From NCBI GenBank assembly GCA_050084515.1, contig CM114271.1, forward strand, positions 28,520,001 to 28,584,000: a DNA stretch of 64,000 nucleotides, read 5' to 3'. Positions 24,220 through 36,707 of this stretch are shown in pieces; within the stretch, counting starts at the first letter, position 1, and each line of letters begins with the position of its first letter. The stretch is from Blasia pusilla (taxonomy: Eukaryota). The position numbers and the translations under genes are program-made. Below the pieces are notes generated by a model. It was not told the origin of the DNA and ran no database searches. It saw only the letters and a list, made by a program, of their open reading frames with translations.

Positions 24220-24589
24220 TACATGCTATGATAGATTTCTTTGATAGTTTCCGACGATCGGGATTACCATGGGATTTTAGTTCTAATATATATGAACAAC
24301 TTCGTATCAGTTTGATGAAGATAACTTATTGAATTAGTAACCGTAGAGACTTCAACCATCAGATCATGGTTTATCATCAAGGACTTGATGCTTTACAAGA
24401 TGATATGTATGGTGAAGATGTGCACAAATCTCTTGAGGGCAACACTGGTTTGGACAAGGTGAGATTGAATTTAAAAAGAGCTAGCTAATTTGGTGACATG
24501 AATTTTTTACTTCATCTTCATCTTAAGTCTAGTTTCTAGAAAATTTAGAAATTTTTGGTATTCATACTCGAAAGTTTCTTTTGTAGGCT

Positions 24590-25378
24590 GTGGAAACTGG
24601 AGTTAATGTGCTATCGAGTCACAAATTTGACTTAAGGATGATTCATTTTGAGGATCATCATCTCCCACTTTTTATTCCGACCCAAATGTTATTGAATGCT
24701 CAACTAGAGTTACAATTGAACTTGCAATCTGCTCTGATAGTATGCATGGCTTATGATGAGGCATTTCCAAAGGTAAAATCTCAAATTAAATGTACTTATG
24801 AAATGTTAGATTATATTCCCCAAAAAATAGTTAACATCTATCTAATTTTTCCATGCGAAGGACTAAGAAGAAATTTCTTTTTCTTTTACCATTTACCATT
24901 TTTTACTGAAGATCATGAATGTCTTGGCAAATCCTTCTGGTCTAGGAGATAGGTTTGGAGATTGGCCTATTTATGTCCGAGCAAGTTATGACTTCTTTAA
25001 CTCGCCTTACTTTAATAATATTGCAATCCAAGTAGAGGGACAAGAAGAGAATGCATTAACTTGGTATGGTCAATTGAGTTTACTTTTTGTGTGTGAAACT
25101 ACTTATCCCATGGGCAATAAATACAAGTGGGAGCTGCTTTGCTAAAAACCTATGAAAAGGTATCTTCCAATAGACTAACTAGACTTACATGATGTAAACT
25201 TTTCACTTGGAAACACGACAACATTCGAAGGAGGAATGTGATAAGTAACACGAGAAGAAATCTATCACTCCCTGATCCTTACATGGTAGTTGAGATAAGT
25301 AACATCCTTAGGGCAGTTCACGGGATCCTGAATTTTCAAGAGAATGATCAGTTTCTCTTAAACAGATTCACATTTTGA
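24590..25378 (+). pseudogene. Degenerate transposon-derived ORF resembling the C-terminal region of Plavaka/EnSpm-like proteins
   Basis: Pattern YVRASYDFFNSPYFNNIAI..WYGQLSLLF..YMVVEISNILRAVH..FLLNRFTF. The assignment is from recalled motifs only. Confidence 0.35.
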
Positions 25379-25419
25379 ATCAATGGATAATCAATACAAT
25401 GGAACTTTTTTTGGAAAAA

Positions 25420-25895
25420 ACATTGTAGTGGTGATGGAAATGCCATAATTGGTCGATATAAAATGGGATATTTAGTAATGGATCAATCTTGGAAAAAGAT
25501 TGAAAAGATATTATTTTAGTGTTAGAAATGCTATTAATAGTCGACTGATGATTTGATGTTGGGATATTTGATAATGGATTAGTGTTGAAAAAAAGTTGGA
25601 AAGACACTATTCGAATGTTGGAATGCCATCATTGGTCGATCAATGATAAAATATTGGGATATTTGATAATGGATTGATGTTGGAAAAAGTTGGAAAGATG
25701 CAACTTTAGTGTTGAGAATATCGTGGATAAGTGTTGGAAGATACTCTTCTAGTGTTGGAAATGCCATTATTAGTCAATTAATGATAAAGTGTTGAGATAT
25801 TTGATAATAGACCAATGTTGAAAACTAGTTGGAAAGACACTATTACAATGTTGGAAATTCAATCAATGATATAATGTTGGGATATTTGATAATGG
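25420..25895. repeat. Degenerate AT-rich tandem repeat, about 95-bp unit
   Basis: GGGATATTTGATAATGG...GTTGGAAAGA recurs at about 25466, 25561, 25656, 25795 and 25879. Confidence 0.8.
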
Positions 25896-25909
25896 TAAAT
25901 GGTATATGG

Positions 25910-27722
25910 TAAATAGATCAAGCCTATGAGACCCAAAGGCTCAAAAGGCTAAAAAACACTTTACAAGTAATACTTTGACTCGGAAAAAGACCCTAAAGGC
26001 CTTCTCTTAGCTAATGCTTATAATACTTGAGCGATGAATAATGATATCCCTAATATAACAACGCACTAGCTGTAGCAAAGAATAGAAATTCTCCGCATCT
26101 ATTTTATGAGCTAGTCTCTTCATACCTTGGACATGTAACAAACGCATGCTCTTCATCCTCAATACTTTCTCCATCACATAACCTACAAATTCGTTCACTT
26201 CTATCAATGTTGAGCCATCGTCCTTCCTCAATTCTTGGTCTATGAGACCCAATTCTATGTCGTGCGATAATATGACGTATGACCATGGAGATCCCCGCAA
26301 GTAGGTACCCTTGTTCTCAATATACAAGCATACGATTAACATGAAGTTGATAAAAATCCATTTTTGTACCCGGGCTCCTCCAAATAATGTTCAGAAACTG
26401 CTTCTGTAGATGCTCGCGGAGTGCCATCGGTATCAAGTCCCAATCACGTTCCGCCACATTCCACTTTGAAGACCAAGCCACCACATCTGCAATCCCCCCT
26501 ATGGAACGTGTGGCTTGCAAAGCTTCATGAGGAAAGCAAGAAATATCAAGAGATCTCACCCTTGCGATATAAGTTTAGGATGGAGGATTTTTTCACAAGG
26601 AGAATATCATAAGGAGTTTGGTTTCTCACACCCAATTCTTCTTGTATGAAGATCTTTTGCACCCTCTCCACACGCTCCCTACTTGTCTTCTTACAACTAG
26701 GATCCCAAACTTGGATCCCATATAAGACCACCGACAACACTAAGCTCCTAAATAAGAACTTCCTAAGATCCCAAGACACACGATGAGATCTTCTACACCA
26801 ATTTAGAAATGAATATAGAGCTTTGTAACGAGCTTCTACTCTCTTTTGCACGCAAAGTGCCCAACTATAGTCATGAGAGAAATCAATGCCTAGATATTGT
26901 GACTCTTCACTTGTTCTAATTGTAGACCTTTGTAAAAACATGAGAACTTGGATCTAGTACCTATTATAATGACTTTAGACTTCTCCATATTAACCTCCAT
27001 CTGATTCTGGGTACAAAAACTTGCCAAAGTGTCGAGGTGTTTTTTTAAACTAATGCCATCACGTGCTAGTAGTATGATATCATCTGCATAGAATAGAGCT
27101 TTAATGACAAAGTCTCCAAGCTTGACGCCTTCACTGTCACATTCCTCCAACCACTTTTTGATATCATCTATGAAAACTCCAAAAAGTGTAGGGGAGAGAG
27201 GGCAACCTTGAATGACTCTGATAGTACTCAAGATCTCTTGAGTTTGTGAATCTTTGATCTTGGCCAAACGGAATGGTACAACGTGGCCACGGCAGCGAGG
27301 AGATTCGGTGGTACCCCAATGGCTTGCAGCCTATCCCATAAGAGCTTACGAGATACAATATCAAAAGCTTTCTTGAAATCAATGTAACCGTAAAACAAAG
27401 CTTTCCCATTGCCCTTAGATTTCTCTCATAAAACACGTAAGACCAAGATATGGTCGATGGTGTTGTACGTTGGGCAAAAACCAGCTTGGACCCGTGCTCT
27501 CTTTTGGAAAGACTCCATCCATGCGCTCATTTTTCACTCCACCAATTTCCCAAACACTTGGGCAAAGACACTACCCACCATGATAGTACGATAGTTTGTC
27601 ACCAAATCCTTCCTTCCTGATTTGTGAATAGGAAAAATCTCCCGTGGCGACCAAGTAGAAGGAAAACCATAAATATCAGCATCACCCAATACTTTGGTGA
27701 GGATCGGTCCAATAGAATCTTT
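25910..27722 (-). mobile_element. Non-LTR retrotransposon (LINE) 3' part, 5'-truncated and disrupted
   Basis: RT motifs PIHKSG..NYRTI, QGCPLSPTLF, LFYADDI and YLGI. C-terminal HRxGIEEGRW..RICRLC..EDEEH..CP zinc motif. Confidence 0.9.
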
Positions 27723-27724
27723 TT

Positions 27725-28218
27725 TTGTACGCCATGTCATCTTCCAAATGTGGATGGTATTGTTGACCCAAGCTTAGCCATGATACGTGCTAGCTTGAAG
27801 TGCATGTTGTGTGGGTCTGCTGGTAACGTAGCCCATATGTTGGTATGTGATCGGTGTTCTAGGGGTTGGCACATGATGTGTTGAGCCCGTATGGATGTTG
27901 TTCCTATTGGAAGGTGGGTTTTTCTCCGATGTACTTAGGAGGGATAGATGACTTGATCTTTGCATGATATGGATTAGAGATGTGCGAGTAACGATGGGGC
28001 AACCTAGCACCCGGCCTTCTGATTCGTACACCCACGAAGGTGTATAACATGTAGTAGATGTATAGGGCTACCTGGGAGTTAGAGGGACCTAACCGCCAGT
28101 TAGAGGGGGCGAGTTGTGGTTCACTTGTATTTGTGTATGCTCTCGTCTATATTATGTATGTATGTGAGAATGGTATGTCAACGATGTATGTTGTATGACG
28201 ATGTAGATTCGCACGACA
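27725..28218 (+). mobile_element. PHD-gypsy 3' fragment with a single short terminal unit (28114-28218)
   Basis: CHLPNVDGIVDPSLA..CMLCGS..LVCDRCSRGWHM. The same GAGTTAGAGGGACCTAACC-PPT junction as at 23420. Ends GCACGACA. Confidence 0.82.
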
Positions 28219-28870
28219 CTCGTCTCCCTCATCAAGCTTTGCGAGCCACACGTTCCATAAGATGGATTACGGATGTGGTGACTCGGTCTTCAAAATGGAA
28301 TGTGGCGGAACGGCATTGGGATTTGAAACCAATGGCACTCCGCGAACATCTACAAAAACAATTTCTCAACATCATTTGGAACAATGCGGGCACCAAAATG
28401 GAGTATTATCAACTTCATGTTAATCTTATGCTTGTATATTGAGAACAAGGATACCTACTTGCGGGGATCTCCACATTCTTACGTTATATTTTCGCACGAC
28501 ATAGAAGTGTGTCTCATAGGTTAGGAATTGAGGAAGGACGATGGCTTAATATTGATAGAAGTGAATGAATCTGTAAGTAATGTGACGGAGAGAATATTCA
28601 GGATGAAGAGCATGTGTTTGTTATATGTCAAAGGTATGAAGGGATTAGACTAGCGTATAAAATAGATGTGGAGAATTTTTATTCTTTACTTCAACTAGTG
28701 CCTTATGATTTAGATTGCTATATTAAGGATGTCATTATTCATCACTCAAGTGCTCTAGGCAATAGTTAGAAGGTCTTTAGGTTCTTTTTCCAGGTCAGTG
28801 AATGAATGACTTGTAATGTGTTTTTTAGCCTTTTGACCCTTTGAATCCCACGGGCTTGATATATTTATCA
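28219..28870 (+). mobile_element. LINE 3'-end fragment, same family as 25910-27722, opposite orientation
   Basis: PHQALRATRSI..SKWNVAERHWDL.PMALREHLQKQFLNIIW matches the minus-strand copy at 26317-26530. Confidence 0.88.
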
Positions 28871-30225
28871 TATACCATGTGGTGTAACGATGTGTATTTG
28901 CAAGATAATAGCAATGACAATCCAAAGAGCTTGACATTCTAGAAGTTGTTAACTCTCACGACCACACTAAACTGGAAATATTCCTCAATCTCCATCTCAT
29001 AACGCCTACATCCAACCTTAACAATAATTGCTAGTATCTATGACTAATTAGAATTCACATTTTCAACCTGAAATATCAAGTTGATGGCCACCATCTGGAA
29101 ATTGCACCCCAAAATTTCATTCTCTTCCTTCAGGCATTCTACCTCAAATATATATTATTGTTAGAGGATACCTTTCTTGATTTGCAAACAACTCTCTAAT
29201 TGACATATTTCAACCGGGCAGCAAAACAAGTTTCTTTTATACGGGCAACAAGAAAGTAATTTCTATTCCAAAAGAAAAACATTTGCATCTAACATGATTA
29301 GTATTCACTCCCATCCATGACACAAGCTTCACACTAGTAATACAGAAGTTAGTGATATAATCATACACACATTTACACCATCCACAATTGTAGGGATGAA
29401 AATCTTCAACACTTGGGCCACAATTGTAGCCCAAGCCTTGCACACAATTGAATAGATGAAAAAAATTGTGATATCATGCATCCATGAAGTTAAGGTCCAT
29501 TTATCATTGTTGCGTCCCCCGAGCAAAAGGACCATTTTCCCTAGATTGCTTTACTTTGTATAGAAGCTTTTTGCCTTCCCATTTATAGTAAGCCCCTTCC
29601 TTCTTTGATAGTAAATTTTTTTGCCATTTTTCTTGAATAGAAAACTTGGCCTAGGCTTCATTGCTTACATAAGCCCACTTCCCACAAGAAGTATCATTGT
29701 GCACAATTTGCAAATCATCATTGCAAAATCTGAAACTGTATCATCAGCAGACCATGCATCTACACAAAAGGGATCGTTAGACAATTGTCAAATTGCGCAA
29801 TCACACTCTAATCACCATTTTGTTTACAAAGGTCATCACCACTTGTTCATGGTGGAGCGCCTAGCATAGCAGCGAGTTGGGATTAACCTGGAGTGTCATA
29901 ACCTAACATATGGACCGCTCAGTCATCTCCAGGAGATCAGAACCCACATTTGATTGATGAATTCAAAGATGTCGCATTTCACCAAATTATTTTTCAAACA
30001 GAATCTATGGGTATTCTTGTCTGCATCCCCATCATGCAGAGCGAAGGGACTTTCGAGTGATATTTCTGTGACCATCTATGGCCTGCGGAGCCTGAGGGGA
30101 AAGTCCCCACTGTGTTGAGGAGCAATGGAAGCTGAGCATTCCACTTCCTCATGAAAATGATGACCGCTGATAGCCAAATCAAACATAAGCTCGCACTAAG
30201 AGGTGAGGTTTTGTATATCTGAGGC

Positions 30226-31909
30226 TTACACTCGAGACCCCTTCCCAAGTTTCGTCTCAAACAGCCGTTGCAATAAATATACTTGCAAAAAACTGCAGGC
30301 CATGATAGCCACTGACTCCAGCAAAGCTTTGTATATAACTCTTTTACTCATTGTTTCATTCACTGCACCAAGTCAACACAACGGTGCTTAAAATCAGGAC
30401 ATGGCTATACTTCAAGTTTTGATTCCAGACTACTATTTCACCGAATCAAATAACATGGGGGTAGCAATAATACGAGATTGGAGTTTGGAAGCATACTGAT
30501 GGCTTGATGATCAGTTTGGGCGGAAAGCCAGTGCTGCTCAAATCGAACTGAATAGAGAGACTCCTCTAGTCTGGCGATCTGTATCATCAACGGATCAAAA
30601 TGTTCTGTACCAAACAGTTTAATCAAGGGTATCAGAAGGCCACATTGGCAGTGGAGTACGAGCACCGAGATACCGTATCTTCCCCAAACACTCTGGGCTG
30701 GCGCGATCTACCTGAACGGAGATACATGAGAGAAACGCACAAAAGAAAAATCTCCGTAGATTTGCAAATTACTCGGCCTTGAAAGAAATTCCTCCCAATA
30801 GACACGAAACAGACGAGCAGACGTATGATCCCCGTGAAAGAAATTCCTCCCAATAGACACGAAACAACCTTTACAACTATATTATGCTGCGTCTATGCGC
30901 AAAAAGTTTTCCATTCGGTGCTAGCAATATAAACACCAAATTTCATGAGTGGGTAGATAGGTTAGCCAAACTATATTTCTCATGCCGAGTACTCCCAAAG
31001 CACCTGATGCTGTGATGATTTTGAGATCACATTGAATACAACTCCTAGGCTCTATCGATACCCCAGACTACAACCCCTTCTGTTACCTGCCAGTTGGCCT
31101 TTTAATGCCAATATGACAAGCGAAGTCCTGAACTGGAAAACCGTATAGACCAAAGGATGAAGTAGCACCATACCAGGTTTGGCACGTTCTTCTCGAGTGG
31201 GAATGTGCCCAACACGGACATCGAAATCGATCGTTTCATGCATAGGAGAGATGTTGCTGAAGCAAAACTTGTAAAATCCTCTAATATTTGCCTCAAAGTC
31301 AAATTTGTCTTCATCCTTTTGCTTTCCAGAGTAGATCAGACGTCCCTTGGGCGACTCCACCTGCATCGGAGTCCCGGCCCACACAGAGCCATCCCATTGA
31401 AATGCAACCTTCAATACCTCTCTGGAGAACTCCATTCTACCTTCACATAAATGGGACAGACAGATCCCGTATCTCTCGAAATTGTATTTCAAAGATTCCA
31501 GTAGATTTCCGAACCAGATGAGGGTCGCCACAAACAGAATTACCAAAAAAAGTGGACAAGTCACAGACATTTACACCCTAATCACACTACTCAACTTCTT
31601 CTCTCTCGCAAACTCTACTTTCAATCGAGACCTCTGAAGCGACCAGTGGCGTCGGTTGAAAGATTCTCTATTTGAAACCCATTAATTGAAAAGTTTACGT
31701 ACCGTCAGATCGACCCCAAGACGATTGAAAGTCCAAGGATTATCAGATTTTATGACAACAAAAGAGACATCAACTTTATCATATTCGTACTGAACTTCGT
31801 GAGAAAAGCACTCCTTCCTGTCAAGAACAAATCGCACTGCCTGCACCTGGACTAACACCATCCACAAAGCCAGCGCCAGGGACAGAACAAGATTCAAATC
31901 CTTTCCCAT
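30226..31909 (-). CDS. Transmembrane emp24/p24 family protein, p24beta2-like (212 aa); exons 31909-31703, 31360-31174, 30604-30497, 30362-30226
   Basis: Signal peptide, then a GOLD domain (VRFVLDRKECFSHEVQYE, YKFCFSNISPMHETIDFDV), coiled coil (EHFDPL..FEQHWL), TM helix and C-terminal LFETKLGKGSRV*. All introns are GT-AG with consistent phases (639 nt). Confidence 0.96.
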
Positions 31910-32354
31910 AGCTTTCACTCGCCTGCTGAATCTTTCTTTCCTATGTTCGCTACGTTTTGGTAACTCTCTCCTGGCGGCAAGGTGGACCGAAGACGATTTC
32001 GTCCTTGTAGTGGATATGTGCGCACTCTACAATGACGGAACAGGACTCCAATATTCTTATTAGCCCTCGCATATTTGACAAGCGGATATTTCCTTTGTGC
32101 GATCGGCATGGCTCGCTACGCCCAAACAAGTTCTCCATGTTTTTTTCATTTAGTCTCCCTATATTAAAAGTTTGATAATTATTTTCTCCCCACCAAGTCA
32201 AGAGCTACAGAGGAGTGCCGACAACCTCATGAGGGAGGCGTGGAGTCATGCCTTCATCTCAGAACAGCGAGAGTCACGTGGCGATCGGGCTCTTGGAGTG
32301 GAGACGTTGACCCCACTGGATACCACACCCGTTGTGTGGCAATGCCCAGAGGAA

Positions 32355-33310
32355 GGTGTTGGGGTGTTAGATCTCTTCGGAGGGAATAGCACCGGATTGG
32401 CTGCAGTATTGCAGGCAGGCATACGGGTGTATCATTACCTTTATGAGGAGAGAAAGGAGACCACGCGGCGAGTATCAATACGTCATGTGGCCAGATTGGT
32501 CTAGAGGTATCTTGAGTTGTTGACGGTATCTGCAGTACAGGGATATCAGCATACACTACCCGTCGACATCTCTTTGGTGGGGGCGCATGATTTGGATAGA
32601 GTTGGCACCATTCATTTGGTGATTTCTGGATGGCCATGTCAAGGTCATTCATCAGCTGGCCGAGGATTTGGATTGCAAGATCCGAGGTCAGGGATGTTTT
32701 GGGAGATGCTGCGAGTAGTACAACATTTGCAGGAGAGTCAGACATGTTCTCCAACGTAAATTTTGGAGAACGTGCCATTGTTGGGACACACTCGTGCACG
32801 TGTGATGACGAGTGTGCATCAGGTGAGGTCCTGGTTGGGACCTGCTGTGTTGTTAGATGCAGCGAGAGTTGGATCACGTGCCCATCGTCCACGACTATGA
32901 TGGAGGAACCTGATACCATCAAGGGTACTAAGTCGAGCATGCGATGGAGTCCAGAGAGCACCACATCTCACAATGGATGCTATCTTGGGCTCAGGGCATT
33001 GATCTCAGGTGGTGACACGGGATGATAGACCACCGTTTGCCATGGCCAATAGGGTGGAGGAGTTGAAGGCAACCTTACCTACGTTGGTGAGCTTCCCAGC
33101 ATCCCATGCCTTTTGTCAGGGAGGGCCAGGCATGATTTGGGATGAGGTGACCGGAGCATTGGAGGAGCCTACAGCAGATGAGCGCAAGCGCGCCATGGGG
33201 TTCGTTACAGGTACTACGGCGGTGCCAAGAATGACTGAGGTATCTTGGAGACAGGTGTTGGGGCAGGCGATGGACCTCAATTGTCTCACATGGATAGTCA
33301 ACCTAGGTAT
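32355..33310 (+). pseudogene. C5-cytosine DNA methyltransferase domain (DNMT3/DRM-like) in a retrotransposon polyprotein
   Basis: One reading frame with a few stops contains motif I VLDLFGG (32370), IV ISGWPCQ (32628), VI ILENV (32766), VIII AHRPRL (32886), IX DERKRAMGF (about 33180) and X VLGQAMD (about 33260). Confidence 0.9.
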
Positions 33311-33687
33311 GGCTGAGGAGAGATGGATGCGAGTGACACCCATGCCGTCACGTCCACGAGATGGACCATTGCCTACAGGGTCTCTACAGGCATTGGCTGG
33401 GGGCAAGACAAGGAGAGATAGGCACCCATGGACTTCCTGGGACATCATTCGAGCGGAGAGTGCGAAGGCGGCCAGAGTAGCACATGTTCATTTTTTGGAT
33501 GTGGAGCATGGTGGAGGAGGTCATAGTGGAGTGGCTCTTGCGGAGGTGGCTAGGGTTGCTACATAACAACCAAAGCCGGAGGTGGCATCCTCTCTGAGTG
33601 AGGTCACGATGGAGACTTGGGAGCCTGTGATAGGACTCAAGTTGACAGGAGGAGAGCCATGGCGAGTTCATAGGTTTCTGAGAGGGC

Positions 33688-36629
33688 ATGCCCTCTCCTG
33701 ACGGGATACGGATTGAGTTGGCTAGTGATACGCCAATCTTTCGTCGATCCTACAGGTATTCTGATATGGAGCGAACCTTGATTCAGAGCAGGAGGCAGGA
33801 CTTGTTGGAAGCAGGACTTATGGAGTTATCACATGGGGAGTATGCATCTGCCACAGTCATGCCGGCGAAGAAGGATATGTATGGCAATTGGACGGATAGA
33901 TGGATGTGTGGAGATTACCGTCCTATCAACCAACACACGAGGTCAGATCAGTACGCCATGCCTACTCCTGAGGAGATCTTTGATGCGGTAGGGCATGCAA
34001 AGATCTTGAGTACTTTAGATCTCCGTGTTGGCTATCATCAGCTTCCTATCAAGTTGGAGGACAGGGAGAAGACAACATTCTGGGGGATAGATCGGTTCGG
34101 GAGAGATTGCTTGTATCAATGGTGGTTCTTACCTTTTGGGTTGAAGAACGTGCCTACAGAGTTTCAGAGAGTGATGGATAGGATTCTAGCTGGCTTGGAG
34201 TTTGTACGATGTTACATAGATAATATTCTTATCTTCAGTTCCACGGTTGAGGAGCATGAGCGACACGTGGAGGAGGTGTTTCGGAAATTGCAGTTACATG
34301 GACTGAAGTTACAACCAGGCAAGTGTAGATTCTTTCAGAAGCAGATTGAGTATTTGGGACACACCATATACCCGAGTGGATTAGGCGTTCAGCAGACAAA
34401 GGTAGAGGCTATTGCGTAGATTCCACGCCCTACAGATGTGAGTCGAGTCCGAGCAATTCTTGGACTGACGAACTTCTATCGACGGTATGTCAAGGGTTTT
34501 AGTGCAATCGCAAAGTCTTTGACCTTGTTGACGAGACTTGATCAGGTTTGGTTGTGGGGAGATGATCAAGAGCGAGCATTTCAGGAGCTCAAGGACAGGT
34601 TGAAGTCCTCACCCATTTTACACAGATCGGTTAGGGATCGCCCATTCCAATTACATACGGATTGGACCATGTTGGGTCTAGGAGCAGTGCTTACTCATAG
34701 GGATGATGAGGAGAGGGATTTCGTTGTGGCTTACGCGAGCCGATCGAACAACATTGCAGAGGCGAAGTACAAATCCTACGAAGGAGAGTGCTTGGCTGCA
34801 GTGTGGGCCATGGCACATTTCAGGTGCTATTTATTCGGCAACCCTTTCACACTTATCATTGATTATCAGCCATTCAGGTGGTTGATGGATTCCAACAAGC
34901 TTACGGGAAAGTTTGCCAGGTGGGCTCTATTACTACAGGAGTATGAGTTTGAGGTGGTTCATAGGCCAGGTTGGCTGAACCAAGATGCGGATGGGTTGAG
35001 TCGTAATCGAGTCAGAGAGACGACAAAGTAGCTCGATGGCACGGAGAGAGTGATGAGGAGATGGTGCCCGGTTGGCATGCATCTGACTATCTTTGTTGGT
35101 TGACTCTGGCAGGTCAGCCATAGGTGATGACTCCAATGGTGGGGTTGGATGATGAGTCTTTGGATGCGGAGGTCAATGAGGAGGCGACAGGTGGTCGTGA
35201 TTTCCATGACGACGTGGAGGTTGTAGAGTTCTTGTGCATTGGCGTCATAGCAAGCACATTGAGTGCTAGGGAGCTGGATCGGATCCTACAGAGAGCCAGG
35301 AGGTTCAGATGGGAGGGGACTCACATTTTTCGGGTATGGGGAGATGGTAGGATACGAGTGGTACCTCATCCTTCATAGCAAGCACGTGTAGTGCGACACG
35401 CCCATGAGGAGTTGGGACATTTTGGAGTGAAGCGTACTTACAGCTTACTCCAGATTCGGAATTGGTGGCGCAGCATGCATACTGGGGTACAGCAGTTTGT
35501 GGTCAGATATATGGAATATGACAGAGTGCGAGCATCCTTCAATGCTCCCACTCCGCAATTACATCCTTTGCCGATTATGGGTTTAGGTTATCGGTGGAGT
35601 TTAGACTTTGCGGGACCTTTGTCATTGACTGGGCGTCATCATAGTTACGTGTTGGTCATGGTGGAGCATTTCTCCAAGTGGATATAGTTGGTGGCACTAC
35701 CGGACAAGGCGAGCGAGGGAATAGCTTATGCATGTCTAGATCGTCTGCTTAGTCACTTTGGTGCACTGTTGGAGATGTTGACTGACCAGGGTATCAAGTT
35801 CATGGGAGAGTTTCAGGCCTTGTGTGATCAGGCACTGATAGATCACCGCACCACGTCCAGAGATCATCCTGAGGCAGATGGGTTGGCGGAGAGAGTGGTA
35901 CAGACGGTGAAGAGAGAATTGCGCAAGTATGGCTTGCAGCGAGGACAGTTGAGGGAGTGGGACCTACAATTGCCATGGTTGGCTATGGGTTATCGCTTTA
36001 GTCGGCAAGCATCCTTGGCGTCATTTTCACCGTACTTTTTGCTCTTTGGGAGAGATCCAGATTTACCTGCATCCATTCGACATGACATGGCGGAGGTGTT
36101 AGATCTTCATGATCCAGATGTGTGGGTACAAGCATGTTCTCAGAGGGCGGAGGTTTTTCGTAGAGTTATGCCTATGGCCTTTGAGAACTTAGCTATTGCT
36201 TAGCATAGAGATACATTGAGGTACGCGACCATTCGTGGAGGAGGTTATCGTCCAGGGATTAGGAGGTTTCATCCTGGAGATTACGTATATTTACAGCATG
36301 GGGCACCCACGACGCTAGATGTCACTACAGGGCGGACGCGAGGTATTACCGACCGGAGTCCTCATGTTGGAGGGACGAGATGGTATGGTTTGGAAGGATC
36401 ATGTGCGCAATTGTACGTCATGTCATCTTCCGAACGTAGACGAGACGGTGGATCCGAGCTTGGCAGTGGTACTTGCAGGCTTGAGGTGTATGTTGTGCGG
36501 ATCTGCGAGGGGTACAACCACCATGTTGGTATGTGATGGTTGTTCTCGAGAGTGCCATATGTCATGTCTAACCCCCCCCCTCTTGATGTGGTTCCCACAA
36601 GACGATGGATGTGTCTGAGATGTGTATAG
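33688..36629 (+). pseudogene. Gypsy pol: RT, RNase H, integrase and C-terminal PHD finger
   Basis: RT: CGDYRPIN, LDLRVGYHQ, LPFGLKN, YIDN. RNase H: LHTDW, YASR, NQDADGLSR. INT: HEELGHFG, WSLDFAGP, LTDQG, GLAERVV. PHD: CMLCGS..VCDGCSRECHMSCL. Confidence 0.93.
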
Positions 36630-36707
36630 GGTAGTAGGTCATGTCACAGAGATATGATACTTTCTATCTGGAGTTGGGAGGATCCAACTGCCAACTAGGG
36701 AGTCGGT

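Noticed and set aside
28870-29990. Short ORFs between the LINE and the p24 gene (and in 38270-39850)
   Set aside because: No convincing motifs. These are AT-rich degenerate sequence, with at most faint copia-like remnants.
30781-30868. About 31-bp direct repeat in p24 intron 2
   Set aside because: A local duplication with no further structure.
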